From assembly GCA_964016885.1 (NCBI GenBank), contig OZ024742.1, forward strand, positions 112,282,001 through 112,346,000: DNA of 64,000 nt. The letters are read 5' to 3'. This document shows, one piece after another, positions 25,160 to 38,954 of this stretch; the stretch's first letter is position 1; each line of letters starts with the position of its first letter. The position numbers and the translations under genes are program-made. Source of the stretch: Eledone cirrhosa (taxonomy: Eukaryota). The notes beneath the pieces were generated by a model. It did no database searches and had not been told where the DNA came from. It saw only the letters and a program-made list of their open reading frames with translations.

Positions 25160-25617
25160 TGACAAAATGAAAACACACACACACATAGAACAAACAACCA
25201 ACCAGTAACATGTAAATAAACAAATAAATAAATGAACATAAACACACACAGACACCCGGATGTGGCGCATGCGCAGAATGAGCACGCAACACACACACAG
25301 AAACGAAATAGCGTAGACAGAACAAAGGAGAGGCACAGAAACAAAGAAAGGAATCCCCAGTCACTGAAGAGGTCACAGAGTGTGTGACGAAAGAACCATG
25401 ACTATATTTAAACAACTATCTGGTTGTGGAACCAACCAACCAACCAGAAATTTATAAATATATAAATATATAATAAATTGAATTGAAAGCAGTTGTTGCG
25501 TGTGTTTCTTATTTGCAACATGACCCTCCCAAAGTATAACAATATCGGTTTCAACACACGATTTCAGATAAAGAATCTTGCTAAACAAATTCAGAAACAA
25601 AATATATATATATATAT

Positions 25618-26790
25618 TAGAAAGTGAGGTTTTTTTACAAAATGAAAAATAACCGAGGTGTCCTACACGAGTGAAAGTATAAGAAAAAGAGATGAAATCG
25701 AAAATGCAACTGAAGTCTTATTTTTTTTTTAAATATATATATTTATTTGGTTCCTTTACCGGTTTCGCAGTTCTTCTGCTTTTCAAAAGGTGAGTTGAGA
25801 TGGAGGGTCTGTGGTTTCTCTCACATCTGGTTGGTCTCTGAATGTTACTTGTTTTATATGGAAAAAGTGGCTCGAAATTCCAGGTTTTTCGAGAAGTAAT
25901 TTGATTGGTTTGTCAATAATTATAATAAATTTCGCGCCAGTTCGCGTTACAATAGTTCTTCAGGTAAGAGAGGGGCGGGAGGGATGGGGGTGTGTGTGTG
26001 GGGGGGGGCACAGGTTGTTTTTTCATATATGAGTGTTTGAATTTCTTTTTACTTGAAAAAAGGAAGCTCACGAAGGCTTTTTTTGTTTGGTTATAAATGA
26101 AATTTGACTGTCACGTGAACAAGTTTTTATTACATTTTTGCGCCCTTATTTGGAAAACTATTCTGTAGTCTTTATAGTGAATGTTATGACAATGGAGAGA
26201 TAGTGGTCAAGAGAAAAGGGATTGGGAGAAATGTTCTGGTTCAGTGAATATGGCCAGCTCGCCGGGGTGTCAGAGTTCAGATTTTCTATTGGGACTGAAG
26301 ATATGTATGTTTATTTGTGTGATCGTGTGTGTGTATGTGTGTGTGTGTGGGGGGGGGGGGGTGTATGTGTGTATTGGAAGATGATTCTATTAGTAGAGAT
26401 GGGGGAGGGAGTTGTGTGTGTGTGTATATGGGTGTTATGTGTGTGTGTGCGAGTATGTTAAGATGGAGAGAATATATGTTTTGTGTGTGTGTATATATAT
26501 ATGTGTGTAGGAAAGTGGTTCTATTAGTAGAAATGGGGAGGGAGTTGTAGGTGTGGGGGTTGTTATGTGTGTGTATGGGTGTTATGTGTGTGGGAGTATG
26601 GTTAGCATGTTAAGATGAAGAGAATATATATATATATATATATATATATTGTGTGTGTGTAGGAAAGTGATTCCTTTAGTAGGAATATTTTTGAATGAAC
26701 ATATTTTCCTTACTTTTTCGCGTTTGCTGTTGTATTGCCAGTGCAAACGTATGTTAAGGTTTATTTAGTTCGGGTTTTTATTTTCTAAAG
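25618..26790 (-). mobile_element. PLE 3' end/pLTR, family also present at 60705-62365
   Basis: About 700 bp are homologous to 60705-61345. The minus strand near 26760-26790 reads RK*KPELNKP*, an endonuclease-tail-like sequence. HHR at 25753-25790. Confidence 0.75.
25753..25790 (-). ncRNA. minimal hammerhead, U3-A8 variant, all stems intact
   Basis: Minus strand CCTT-TTGAAAA-GCAG aagaa CTGC-GAAA-CCGG-TA-AAGG. Confidence 0.8.
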
Positions 26791-26868
26791 TAGGCTCCTG
26801 TAATTCTCCCGTTGGCCCCTTAGGGTTCACTTGCCATTAGACAACCTGGCAACCTCGCCAGTGCGCCA

Positions 26869-26923
<55 letters not shown>

Positions 26924-27389
26924 TATTTCTTGAAATAACAGATTAAAGTTTAAGCAAAGAATCGCTGCTTTCACACTTAACGGGATCTTATGAAACTAAA
27001 AATGTCAATCTGTGAACGCAGAAGTAGATATTTCGAAAAACGGTGCAACCGAATGAAAACAGGAAGACGATACTTATATATGACTTCCTGCTAGGTACGG
27101 GTATGTTCTTTGTAGAAATATCCAGGCGTTATTTCTGCATGATGAATATATGTCAATAGAGTGCTCAACCGAGCGAGCCAAATAGTAATAATAATAAATG
27201 TGAAGACTAAAATCCAAAGAGGGCTCGATAAGGATAAACATATATCAAATATATAAGAACCCTAGTGGATCGGTACAGTATATGGATGTAATATATTAAT
27301 TTAAGGTTCCAGATAGCAGGAATAATGTCAACATTTTAGACGCTAATACTTCGTCAGAAGAATGAAGAAACCATTCAAAATATCCGCGC

Positions 27390-28060
27390 CCGTGTATCCG
27401 ACCGTACCACAAGCCGATAACCCCACAGCGCCTTCCCAACACGCTCCTTCCTTTCTCTCTCCCCTATCACCCTCACCCTACACAGCCGGTGACATATTCT
27501 CCGCTCCTTCATCACCCTTTCTTCTGACCCCGTCATTTCTCGTTTTTTTTCCTAAACCACATATCACCGCTTGTAAGCGCCCCCGTAATCTCAGCGACTC
27601 CTTATATGCAGTTCCTTCTCATCCTCTCCTACGACTCCACCCGACTCTAACCCTTGGTCTCTTCCCTGCTGTAACAGTTGTCCTTTCATTTCCAAATAAC
27701 CACGCTCAGAGGCACCAATGGTTCATTCCGTATCGGCCACGCCTTCACCTGCACCTCCACCCAAGTTGTCTATGCGCTCCGCTGTTCCCTTTTCGGGTCC
27801 TTACACATTGGACAAACCGGACGCCGCTTGTCGGACCATTTTGCTGAACATTTGAGTGACATACGACTCGGTATAGATACTTCTGTCATCCGTCATTTCA
27901 CTTCCCCAGGTCATTCATCAATACGTACCCCAGTCTTTGGTGTCCTTTGATCACGCGTCACAGGCCCCATACACCAGGACTGAATAGAGTCTGATTTTCC
28001 ACATTGGATCCTGTTTCTCCCATGGAAACAACTCCCCCCTCAATTCATTTAATACTACAC
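27390..28060 (+). pseudogene. PLE GIY-YIG endonuclease relic (Neptune/Poseidon-like)
   Basis: ACKRPRNLSDSL and FTCTSTQVVYALRCSLFGSLHIGQTGRRLSDHFAEHL...VIRHFTSPGH in shifted frames. Confidence 0.85.
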
Positions 28061-28139
28061 ACATACACACGTACTACTTCTACCTTTTGCCCGCGTCGCG
28101 TTTACTCCGTCCGTTATCACACACGCGCTGGTATATTCA

Positions 28140-28510
28140 CCCTTAGATTTCTATGGGTCTCTTATCGTCAGGAGGCTTCTCAGAAATATAGATCGACCAA
28201 GAAAATGCATTGGGATGCGTATTGATGTGACTGACTACAACCTGACAATATCGAAGATAAACTCCTTACTGGATGTGGTAATGGGGACAGCGATTCTTTA
28301 GCCAGAATACCGCACGTACCGAATATCCTCTATTGTTTCAAATGATTGCAATTCTCAGTACGAGTCAGTTACGCAATGACCATCAGCAAGTTCCAAGATC
28401 AAACACTGAAGTTTGAAGGTCTCTGGAAGAGGGCTGTTTCTCACATGGCCGTTTGCATGTAGGTTATTCTAGATTATGGAGATCCTCAGAAACATGTATA
28501 CTCGCGCTTA
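28140..28510 (+). pseudogene. PIF1-family helicase C-terminus (Helitron RepHel relic), absent from the ORF track
   Basis: Broken-frame translation: LLRNIDRPRKCIGMRI; LLTGCGNGDSDSLARIPHVP...FK*LQFSVRVSYAMTISKFQDQTLK; CFSHGRLHVGYSR. Compare LLRNLDPPRLCNGTRL, QFPVRLAFAMTINKSQGQTL and FSHGQLYVALSR. Confidence 0.88.
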
Positions 28511-28744
28511 CATGTTAACACATATCTGAGCAGCTCCCGATCCCAGGATCAGGTTATATCATTATTAAATCCTTTCCCGAAGTGATCGACAGTAAAATGT
28601 ATGTAGTATGTAATTAAATATGTATATGATAAAATACTGTTTCTTTGTTCCCTTAAATATTGATATTACTGATACCTGCTCTCCAAGGGCATCTAGTGGT
28701 CATTCGGCATACCTATATCAATTTCCAAATTTAATAGCTACACG

Positions 28745-28817
<73 letters not shown>

Positions 28818-29343
28818 ACACACACACACACATATATATATATTTCTGCCTTGATGTACGTCCTTTTCTTCTTTAAGTTTATCATATGATTTGTGGTATA
28901 AAAACGTTGAGATTTGGTGAAATAAATCACTGGCAATACTGGAATTGAATAATCAATACCGTAGCGGTATGTCAGATATCAAATCTTATATTTTGTCTGA
29001 CGAAAACGTACTTAAACACCATTGTACCTTTGAATTATCTATAATAAAATATATATTTTGAGTATGAGAATATTTTTCATTTATTAATATTTTGAATAAT
29101 ATTAAACACTCCAGAAAATCTCTCGTTGAGTGCTTCTAATCTATTGTAAAATTCTATTCATTGATTAATCAACGAACCATATTAATATTTGGTTATATAT
29201 ATATATATGTATATACACACACACACATATATGTATATATGCTCAATTAATCTAAAGTTATGTTTAACCTCACTACTCCTTTTAACCGCATCCCCTATCT
29301 TTCACATTTAAAACCTAGGATTAGTAAATATTATTAATATCTT

Positions 29344-29516
29344 GGCAGTATCGGTAGAGAGTCGGACGCCATGCTTTCCAGCATAGTTACGTCCCTTTAC
29401 GGTCTGAGTTCAAATCCCGTCGAGGTTAACTTTGCCTTTCATCCTTACGGGGTCGATAAAATAAAGTACCAGTAATGTACTGGGTAATTGCTGGCCTTGT
29501 GCCTGAAGTAGAAACA
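29344..29516 (+). mobile_element. tRNA-derived SINE with a 14-bp TSD
   Basis: TSD attattaatatctt at 29330-29343 and 29517-29530; B-box-like gagttcaaatccc. Confidence 0.92.
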
Positions 29517-30232
29517 ATTATTAATATCTTTATTATTATGGATGTTTAGATAGATACACTACTTTTTATAAAATTTTATCTATTTTAGTCTTTCTATATA
29601 TATTTTTATTTATTATTTTTTTTTTTACTTCTTTATTTATCACATTCATAATAATTAATATAATTTTACGTCTGTAAGTATACATCTCAATTAATTTAAT
29701 TTCCTTTTATGTATCTAGGTTCGTTGAAATTTATACAGGAGTAGTATTTCTCACTAACACTCTCATCCCTTAGTTTTTAACATCATTTTTTAATAACATT
29801 CATTTTTTTTTGGGGGGGGGGTCCTTCACTATCTCATTGACTTGACCTCATTTTAACCCCTTTCTCTTCCCCACTGTATTCATTCGAAGCATAAATTTAC
29901 ATTCCTCCACACCTAGCATAAAATTCTACTACTATTATTCTGTCAACTTGACCTCTAACTCTTTTCTATTGGTCAGTTCAAAACCTGTTCCCAAACAGAC
30001 TTTGTGTATTAATACTTTGTTTCTTTCAATAAGCATACTTCATCATTTCTGAAGATGGCATATATAGGTGAAGGTATGCATATTCCCTCTGATAATTTGT
30101 AACATTTTTTTACATAGATCTTTAATATGATATACATACCAACACACAAATATATATCCCCGAAACGATCATAAAATAATGATTTTTTCAATATAAGGAA
30201 CCTGTTCTTTGTCTTTATTTCATTGTTTTTTA

Positions 30233-30296
<64 letters not shown>

Positions 30297-30299
30297 TAT

Positions 30300-31902
30300 A
30301 GGAATGGAAAATGGCGTGCTGTGTTGTTGCAAATGTGATATGCAAATTAAAATGAAGAACTAGAAATAGAAGCCAGGACTATCCATCATCAATGGTCTAC
30401 TAGCCATCATATGTAATTCTTCGCATTAAAGACCAGATACCTCAAGCTATCGGGAACAATAACTAAAATAATTTATTGGGATGAAAATAATTGGGCTGAG
30501 AAAGAGAGACAGGTAAACAAATACGAATGGTGAGGCAACGTAAAGAGAGGAAAACATTAGAAAATCAAGTCAATTATTCATTTGAACATAAGAACTTGCG
30601 AATATTGACGAGAAGACGAAAGACACATCTTAACTGTGCGAAAAGTAAGCGAGGAAAGAATTTCGCACGGTGTGGGGCGATCGAAGAAGTGGTTGAGTAG
30701 CAGAGAGTGGGTGAGTGAAAGTGTGAGGAAGAATCTAGCCGAGAAAGGGTGACTAGTAGAGGGGGAAATGAAAGTAAGAGGGAGAAGGAGAGTGCAGGGG
30801 GAGAAAGAGGATAGCAGTAAGGGATCCCCCGTCAGCTAGTCACCTTCTCTCGTCTAGCCTCTTCGTCACACATTCTCTCACTCACTCTCTACTACTAACC
30901 CTCTCTCTCACCACCGCCATCGTCCCACACCGTGCGAAATGCTTTCCACTTCGCTGGACATGTCTTTTTCTCTTCCCTTACTGCTATCTTCTTTCTCTCT
31001 CCCCCTTCTCCCTCCTTCTCCCTCTTACTTTCATTGCCCCTCATCTGCTAGTCATCCTCCCTCGGGTAGCCTCTTCCTCACAATTTCATTCACTCACCCT
31101 TTGCTACTTACCCTCTCTCTCCCCTCGATCGTCCTACACCGTGCACAATTCTTTCCTCGTTTACTTTTCGCACGCTTAAAATGTGACTTTCGTCTTCATG
31201 TCAATATTCGCAAGTCATTATGTTCAAATGAATCATTGACTTGATTTTCTCATGTTTTCCACTCTTTACGTTGCCTCACCATTCGTGTTTGTTTACCTGT
31301 ATCTCTTTCTGCACCCAATTCTTTTTATCCCCAATAACTTTTTTTAGTTATTGTTAGCGACAGCCTGAGGTATCTGGTCTTTAATAAGAAGAAATGCCTA
31401 TGATGGCTTTAATTTGTATATTACATTCGCAACAATACAGCACGGCATTTTTCATTCCTACATGCTTTCCCCTTCGCTGTGACCTGTCTTTTTCTCTTCC
31501 CTTACTGCTATCCTCTTTCCCTCTCCACCTTCTCTCTCCTTCTCCCTCTTACCTTCATCCTGCTACCCCTCCGCTAGTCACCCTCTCTTGGTTAGCCTCT
31601 CCCTCACACATTTACTCACTCACTCTCTGCTACTCACCCTCTCTCTCACTTCCTCGATCGTCCTACGCCGTGCAAAATTCTTTCCTTGCTTACTTTTCGC
31701 ACGGTTAAGATGTTGTTTTCGTGTTCTCGTCAATATTCGCAAGTTCTTATGTTCAAATGAATCATTTACTTGATTTTCTCATTTCTTCCACTCTTTACGT
31801 TGCCCCACCATTCGTGTTTGTTTATATGTCTCTGTTTCTTCACCCAATTCTTTATATCCCAATAACTTACTTTAGTTATTATTCGCACTAGCCCGAGGTA
31901 TC
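30300..31902. repeat. ~523-bp unit: one inverted copy plus two tandem direct copies (pLTR-like array)
   Basis: atgctttcc(a/c)cttcgctg at 30939 and 31462. 30300-30824 is the reverse complement of the unit. It abuts (TA)n. Confidence 0.88.
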
Positions 31903-32026
31903 TATATGTATATATCTGTGTTCATTTTTCTTTTATATTCAATTATAATATACGAGTCGGAAAAATCTCTTTCTTAGAGCTATTCTATTGTAAGAGACTA
32001 TTTTGAGTTCCTAACTCAATATATAG

Positions 32027-32080
<54 letters not shown>

Positions 32081-32553
32081 ATACAATAACAGAGATATCT
32101 TTAAGCTAAACTCCGACTGGTAACCATCTCACTCAACAAACATTAGGTTATACGTTAGTATAAACCCAATTTAAGTGTTTGGGGTGCTAAATATATCTAT
32201 TTTGTGGAAAGCCAGTTGTATTATTTTATATGAGATATAATTAAAGTTAAAATATATCTCTCATTCCAAACAATTGTTTCATTATATGTTTTCTACAAGT
32301 TTGGAGAATGTTTCCAGTTTATGTAGAAGCCTAACATATTTTCATGTAAGAAAATATTTAGGTGGGTACTTATAAATCGTCAGTGGAAGCCCATTAAACT
32401 TTGATATAAGAAAAAATTCCTTACCACAGTAAATTTTCGTGTCCGCTAAGTTGTCCCTTCACGCATCGAATGAGCGCCAAATTTGAAATTCCAGCAGTCT
32501 TTTGACTGAGGAAGTATCATAGCGTCACGAAGCGTTTTAGTGGTGTCCGAATA

Positions 32554-32832
32554 AAAGATATTGCGGAAGGTAATTGCATATTTATCCGATGAAAAACAAC
32601 TAATCACTTCCATACATTCATATGTACATATGTATCGAAATGCACGCACGCACACACTCACGCATACACGCACAAACACATTCCCACACACACAACAATA
32701 TATATATATATTGTGTGTGTATGCGTGAGTGTGTGCGTGCGTGCATTTCGATACATATGTACATATGAATGTATGGAAGTGATTAGTTGCTTTTCATCGG
32801 ATAAATATGCCATTACCTTCCGCAATATCTTT
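32554..32832. repeat. near-perfect ~120-bp inverted repeat around a short (CA)/(TA) spacer
   Basis: aaagatattgcggaaggtaa...gcatacac and gtgtatgc...ttaccttccgcaatatcttt; the ORF track shows the same peptide on both strands. Confidence 0.92.
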
Positions 32833-32955
32833 CAATCTAATTTGTTTTGCCCTTCTGCTCTATATGAAGATATATATGTACATAAATATGCATGGATCTG
32901 TACAAGAAATTATATATATATATATATATCATGTTTATATATCTATATATCTATC

Positions 32956-33046
<91 letters not shown>

Positions 33047-33416
33047 TGTTTATAAATGGATTGATATTGTTTAGGTATGTCTATATGTGTATGCATCTAA
33101 ATTTATATATAATTAAGTATAAGTTACGCTTTTAAATTACATACAGCCCAGCCACCTCCCGCTTACTCAATTAATTTGCAGCGATCGCGTATACGTATAT
33201 ATGCCGAGACTAAGTAAGTGAGATAGACAGTACTTGAAAACTCATAGAGATGGGCTTCAAAATGTTTTAATTAAGCAAACAGTATATTGCCAAATATATT
33301 ATACATATATTCATGTATACATCTCTATTTCAGAGCACCAATACTAATACATACAGACACACACACACACACACACACACACGCGCACACACACACACAC
33401 ATACACACACACACAG

Positions 33417-33500
<84 letters not shown>

Positions 33501-33522
33501 CATATATATATATATATATATA

Positions 33523-36500
33523 TTGAAGAGTTAAACAAAATTCAATGAGTATATCAAAGAATGAGTTTTAAAGTAGATTGGAAGCACTCTACGAAAAAAA
33601 TAATTTTTCGGAGATATTAATATTAGAATATAAATATTAATAAAATATGTTTTCGAAACTGAAATGCTCGGTATAATAAAAAAAAATAAATTTAGGAAAA
33701 ACACATATATAGACCACCAATACCTTAGAACTCTAAAAGAAAAAAAATCACTGAAATAAAAATTGTTAACAAAGTATTGGTTAAATCGGACAAAACTAAT
33801 AATTTATATGGGGTAAGCAAAGATGAATATAACAACTTCATTTTAAAGGAACTCAGGAAAAATTACAAAAAAGCCCGGCTGAGGATCTTACTGAAATTAA
33901 TGAAGAAGCCTACAAACTAATTACCAATTTAGGAATAGAAGGAAGAACTGAGCCATTCTTACCTACGCAGCCGAGGATTAACTTGAAGGATCACAAAAGA
34001 AACTTTCAGGAAGAGATGCCAGTTAGACTGAGTGCTCCATCGAAATCTGATATTGGAGTAATCAGTAAAACATCATAGATAGAATATTACCCACTCTTAA
34101 ATTGAGATCTAAGTCGAGCTTATGGAAAGATATAAATGATGTCATAGAATGGTACAAAAATATAGAAGATAAGAAAAACCATAAATTCATCCAGATGGTC
34201 ATTACTAGCTACTATTCTTCCTTAACACCTAACCTTCTAAATAAGGCTCTTTCAAATGCTTATAAACATACTGATATAACCACGGATCAAATAGATATAA
34301 TACTAACAGCCAGAAGAACTCTTATTAACTTCAACAACGAATATTGGACCCGCTCAGATAGATATACAAATTTTGATATCACTATGGGGACATCCGATTC
34401 CGCGGAAATCACAAATCTTCTGGGAATGTTCATATTAAATATGATAAATAGAAAACTGCCGGTGATTACCGACATTTTATTTACATTGGTCAAACACAAT
34501 ATAGAACTAAATAGAGTAAAGAAAAGTATAATAGAATTCTTTAAAATGTACAACCTTAAATTAGAAGTAGAAAATGGTACCAAAATAGTTAATTTCCTAG
34601 ACGTTACCTTTAACTTAAACATTGGATTCTATTACCCTTTTCATAAGCCCAATGAAAACTTAAACTATGTTAGTAACCATTCCAATCCCCTAAATCTGTA
34701 AAAAAAAAAAGCTATAGTAAATAGTGTGCAAAAACGTATTAATAAAATATCAGCCAATAAACATATATTCGAAGAAAACGCTGAATATTATAACAACGCG
34801 TTAAAAAGAGCAGGATATACGAATAACATAGAATATGTAGATAATAATAATCCAAGTATTAATCTTAATAAAAATAATAACATATATAAGAGAAACTCTA
34901 TTAATTATAATTCAAACACCCATACGCCAAATAAATCGAGGATAAGAACTAGAACTAAACCAGTTAACACACCAATAGCAAAATTATTCTTTGAAGCTCT
35001 TGACACCTCTTTCCCTACTCAACATAAATACCATTTCATTGTTAATAGACATACCATTAAATTCTCGTATTCTACAACCAGTAACATGGCCCAACACATC
35101 GCCAAATTAAACACTAAAATCCTAAAACGAAACCAGCATAATGATATTAATAATAGAGTTAACATAAATGATACTAAACCTAAATGTAATTTTAGAAATA
35201 AAACTGCTTTTCCTTTGCAAAATAATTGTTTAGATAGTAATTTGGTTTATAAATGCACCGTAAAAACTGATCACAATACATACAATTACGTAGGATCGAC
35301 TACTTCCAGTTTTAAAGCCAGATGTGCGAACCATAAATGCTCATTGTCGAACTCAAAGAGGAAATCCTCCACGTCTTTATCACAGCTCATATCGTCATTA
35401 AAAGAGAAGAATTTAAAATACTCCATTCTTTGGACAACAGTTCGGAACTATGGAGTTCACCACAACTCTAGTATATCAAATAACTGCGCACTCTGTACAA
35501 TGGAGACCCTGTTGATTATTAATAACTACTAGACGCTAATTAAAAAAAAAGTGAATTATTCTCTAGTTGCCTCCATAAGCTACGTCCACATACTTAGCCT
35601 CCCACAAAACGAGAGAAAAAGAGAGAGAAAGATTAAACCATTAAGAACTTGGCCTTTAATATTGCACTATCTTATAACTATCTATTGAAGAAATAACGCT
35701 CGAATGAAAGACACTTGTTCAATAACATGCCGGAACATTGATACACATAACATTATTCTGTTAACTTTGATCCATACCATAATTTCTTTATTTCTCTATT
35801 CTTATCTTCCTACTTAAGTTTTAAAACTGAGTTTTATATCAAACCCTTGCATCTTTACTGAACTTATTTATAACTGTGAATTTTTCATGTGTTTCTGATC
35901 TCTTATTTATAATATGTATGTAATTATATTTTCTATGTTTTTAAATATACCTACCGCATTCCTATATCCATGATTTAAATATAGTGCAAATATCCAAATT
36001 ACAAATTATTATAAACATTATTTTGAATTATGAATTATCCATGCATTTATTATTCTTTTTCTGATATATACATATGTATTTAACTTTAACACGTAGAAAT
36101 TTATTATATAAAATTATAACCATTATCATTTACCTAAAGAATACTGTATAACTAATACCTAATATAAGATATGTCCATATATAACTCCCAGTATCTTTCT
36201 ATACATAATTTTCAGTTACCTTCTACATTTATTTTATTGTTTTTACTTTGAGCTAGGAATAATTAATACATGTACACGCGGTTATATATGGGTATATATT
36301 TAGTTTTAACATGCCTCAATCTATTATTTTATTTTTACTTTATTTTCATTATCATTTACCTAAAATATACTGGCTCATTAATTAATATATATCTATATAC
36401 ATAACCGTTATTTAAATGTTTTTAAGTACTTCAAAAGCTTTACATACCTAATACGTTGACAATGACTAACTTCATTAAAGATTACATTTAGGAAAATATT

Positions 36501-37105
36501 CAACAGTGTAAACTTTCCTTAATAATGGCCAGCTAAACCCTTTAAATCATATCATCAAAAAATTCAGAAGCTTAGAAATGTTAACACACTTATAAAATTT
36601 ACAAAACTAATATATAAATAACCACCAATTTACAAAAAAAAAAATAAAATATTGATTCTTCACCCTATGATAACATAAATTTAATATTTTCAAACTTAAC
36701 CGTTTAACTTTCGTAAAAAAACTCCTTCTGCATACATTAGCCCCCTCATCTTTCCCCCGCTCTCTCACTGACTGTTATAATTCATGAAATGCTTTCCTAG
36801 ATAAATTGTAGTATCATACATAATAAAATATCGATAACTCGTACATTAAGAAACGTTTTTCTTACTCACACACTCTCTACTGAATTTATTGCGTTTTCGC
36901 ATTTTCTCATTATTAGGGTATAAATGTTAAATTTTCTCTTCGGTTAATCACTACCTTGATTAAATCTTAACCATTTAACATGTCAGGGTATGTCATGTAT
37001 CATTATATGTTGTCTGATGAGGACGTATTGTTGTACATCCGAAATATGTATAATAAAATGTAATTGATCAAAAGAACATCTATTTTATTAATATTTATTT
37101 TCTAA
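33523..37105 (+). mobile_element. decayed PLE (Hydra-clade-like) with a 3' hammerhead
   Basis: Frameshifted ORF pieces KSDKTNN, LKDHK, FDITMGTSDSAEITNLLG, VNFLDVTFNL, FPLQNNCLDSNLVYKC...YVGSTTSSFKAR and CALCTME are collinear with the 3786-5924 protein. HHR at 37008-37057. (TA)n at both ends. Confidence 0.9.
37008..37057 (+). ncRNA. minimal hammerhead ribozyme motif
   Basis: tgttgt-CTGATGA-GGACGTAttgttgTACATCC-GAAA-TATG-TA-taataaa. Confidence 0.75.
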
Positions 37106-37606
37106 TATATATATATATATATGTGCGTGTGTGTGTGAGTGTGTGTGTGTGTGCGTGTGTGTGTGCGTGTGTGTGTGTATGCTTCGATATATTACCGATA
37201 TATTATTGTAGTTTACTAGTATTAAATTGTTTACAACGGAAATTCCCAACTATTGAATTAATTTAATTCAGGAACCTGCCTCTAGGACATCTTGATGATG
37301 CAATCTTGAAACAATTATTACATAATCACAAGATTTCTTTAGGTCCTATCAATTGAAATTATTGATGCTGATTTTATCGTTTATATCAAAGTCGGCATAC
37401 CGGGTAAACTTCGATGAAGGCAACGCTTGTTAGATATAATATTAAAAAGATCTATAGACTATGATTATGCTTATCGATTCCGATTTCGCTGCAGTTCATC
37501 GACATCACACATTCAGACATTTCCTTCCTAGAAAGTTTGCTCTTTAGGTCTCTCTTCCATGCCAACGAAACTTTACTTAATTATTCATAACCACTACCGA
37601 CTCTAG

Positions 37607-37657
<51 letters not shown>

Positions 37658-38692
37658 CCGTGTTAGGAAAGCGAAAAGCTCACCTGCTGCTAAATATATC
37701 TATAAAGAGTAACATAGCAAACAATCGCTATTTCTATAGGATAATTGATAGCTATAGCTGAATAAGCTGCTATATTATATTGAAAACTAGACAGCTTTAA
37801 CGTTTCAGAACGACCTTCGACCATTGACCACAGCAAAGCTTATATACTATTAATAATTTGTTCATTAGTAAACTTTGTTGGACATTTCACTGAAACGCTT
37901 TGGATAATATAAGATTAATTTCAATGGAACAAAAATAATATCTGACTACAAATTAATCATTCTATGAGTAGACTATTTCCTCATACACAATTTCAAAGAA
38001 TATATTTCACGTATTTTATTCTGGGAACCATATTAAATTAAACTGTAACCATGTATTTTCCAGCTGTAATTATTAAATTGTTATGAGAGACAACACATTC
38101 ATTTTGTACCGAAAGACATATATTATAAAACCTTGCAAGGAAAGTAATTATTAAATTAGATTTAAAATACAATAAGTTTAAAAGCTCTTTTGACATGGTA
38201 TAAATTTTATTTCCGGGTTGCAGTAAAGGACAATGAAAAGGACACAATACTATGTAAAGTATGAAAATAATATATATTATGCTTGATCGGCTCTTGGGAA
38301 ATGATCTGAATCTAAATAAAGTATGTGTTATGAAACATTACAAAAAATTATATGCACAGCTGCAATATTTACTGTATGATTTAAAATGTGTCAAGTTCAG
38401 GAATTATTTCATAGATGGTTATATATCACTATATTACTTCTCATAACTACATTATAATTATATTTTCATGTATGTGTACAGCTTACATTTAAAGAATAAG
38501 TATGTATTGCAAGTACAGTAGTGTTACTAACATTAGATGTTATTTTCAATTAGCTATTCAGTAAATGAGGTAGCATATGCGTGATCTACTCAACTGAATA
38601 ATATTGCTTCTACGCAACTGAATAATATTAGTAGACAAATATATCTTAGAGATTTGAATATGGCTTCGAATGTATGGTCCCATTTAAATCCA

Positions 38693-38738
<46 letters not shown>

Positions 38739-38954
38739 TAATATTTATACTTATATATGAGTTATATACAATTATAAATATGAAAGAGTAGTACTAAGCC
38801 ATAGTCAATTAACAGTTAGGGAAAAAAAGGCCCGATGTAAACTATCAGAGGTATTACAGAGACGAGATGCAAAATACAAACCAATCAAATTTTAGTTTAA
38901 TACATTTAATTGGTGACAATTGTTTATATATATATATATATAAATAGGAGCAAG

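Larger units (their letters stand above)
23059..25603 (+). mobile_element. PLE with an inverted 5' pLTR and a 3' pLTR, inserted in (TA)n
   Basis: 23059-23426 is the reverse complement of about 25185-25545. HHRs at 23208-23250(-) and 25360-25402(+). An RT-EN ORF lies between them. Confidence 0.95.

Noticed and set aside
28990-29050. CTGACGA...GTAC..GTAC...GAAT hammerhead-like motif; similar weak cases at ~30049, 48200, 54170 and 56320
   Set aside because: GAAA and/or the stems are broken, so they are not distinguishable from chance in AT-rich DNA.
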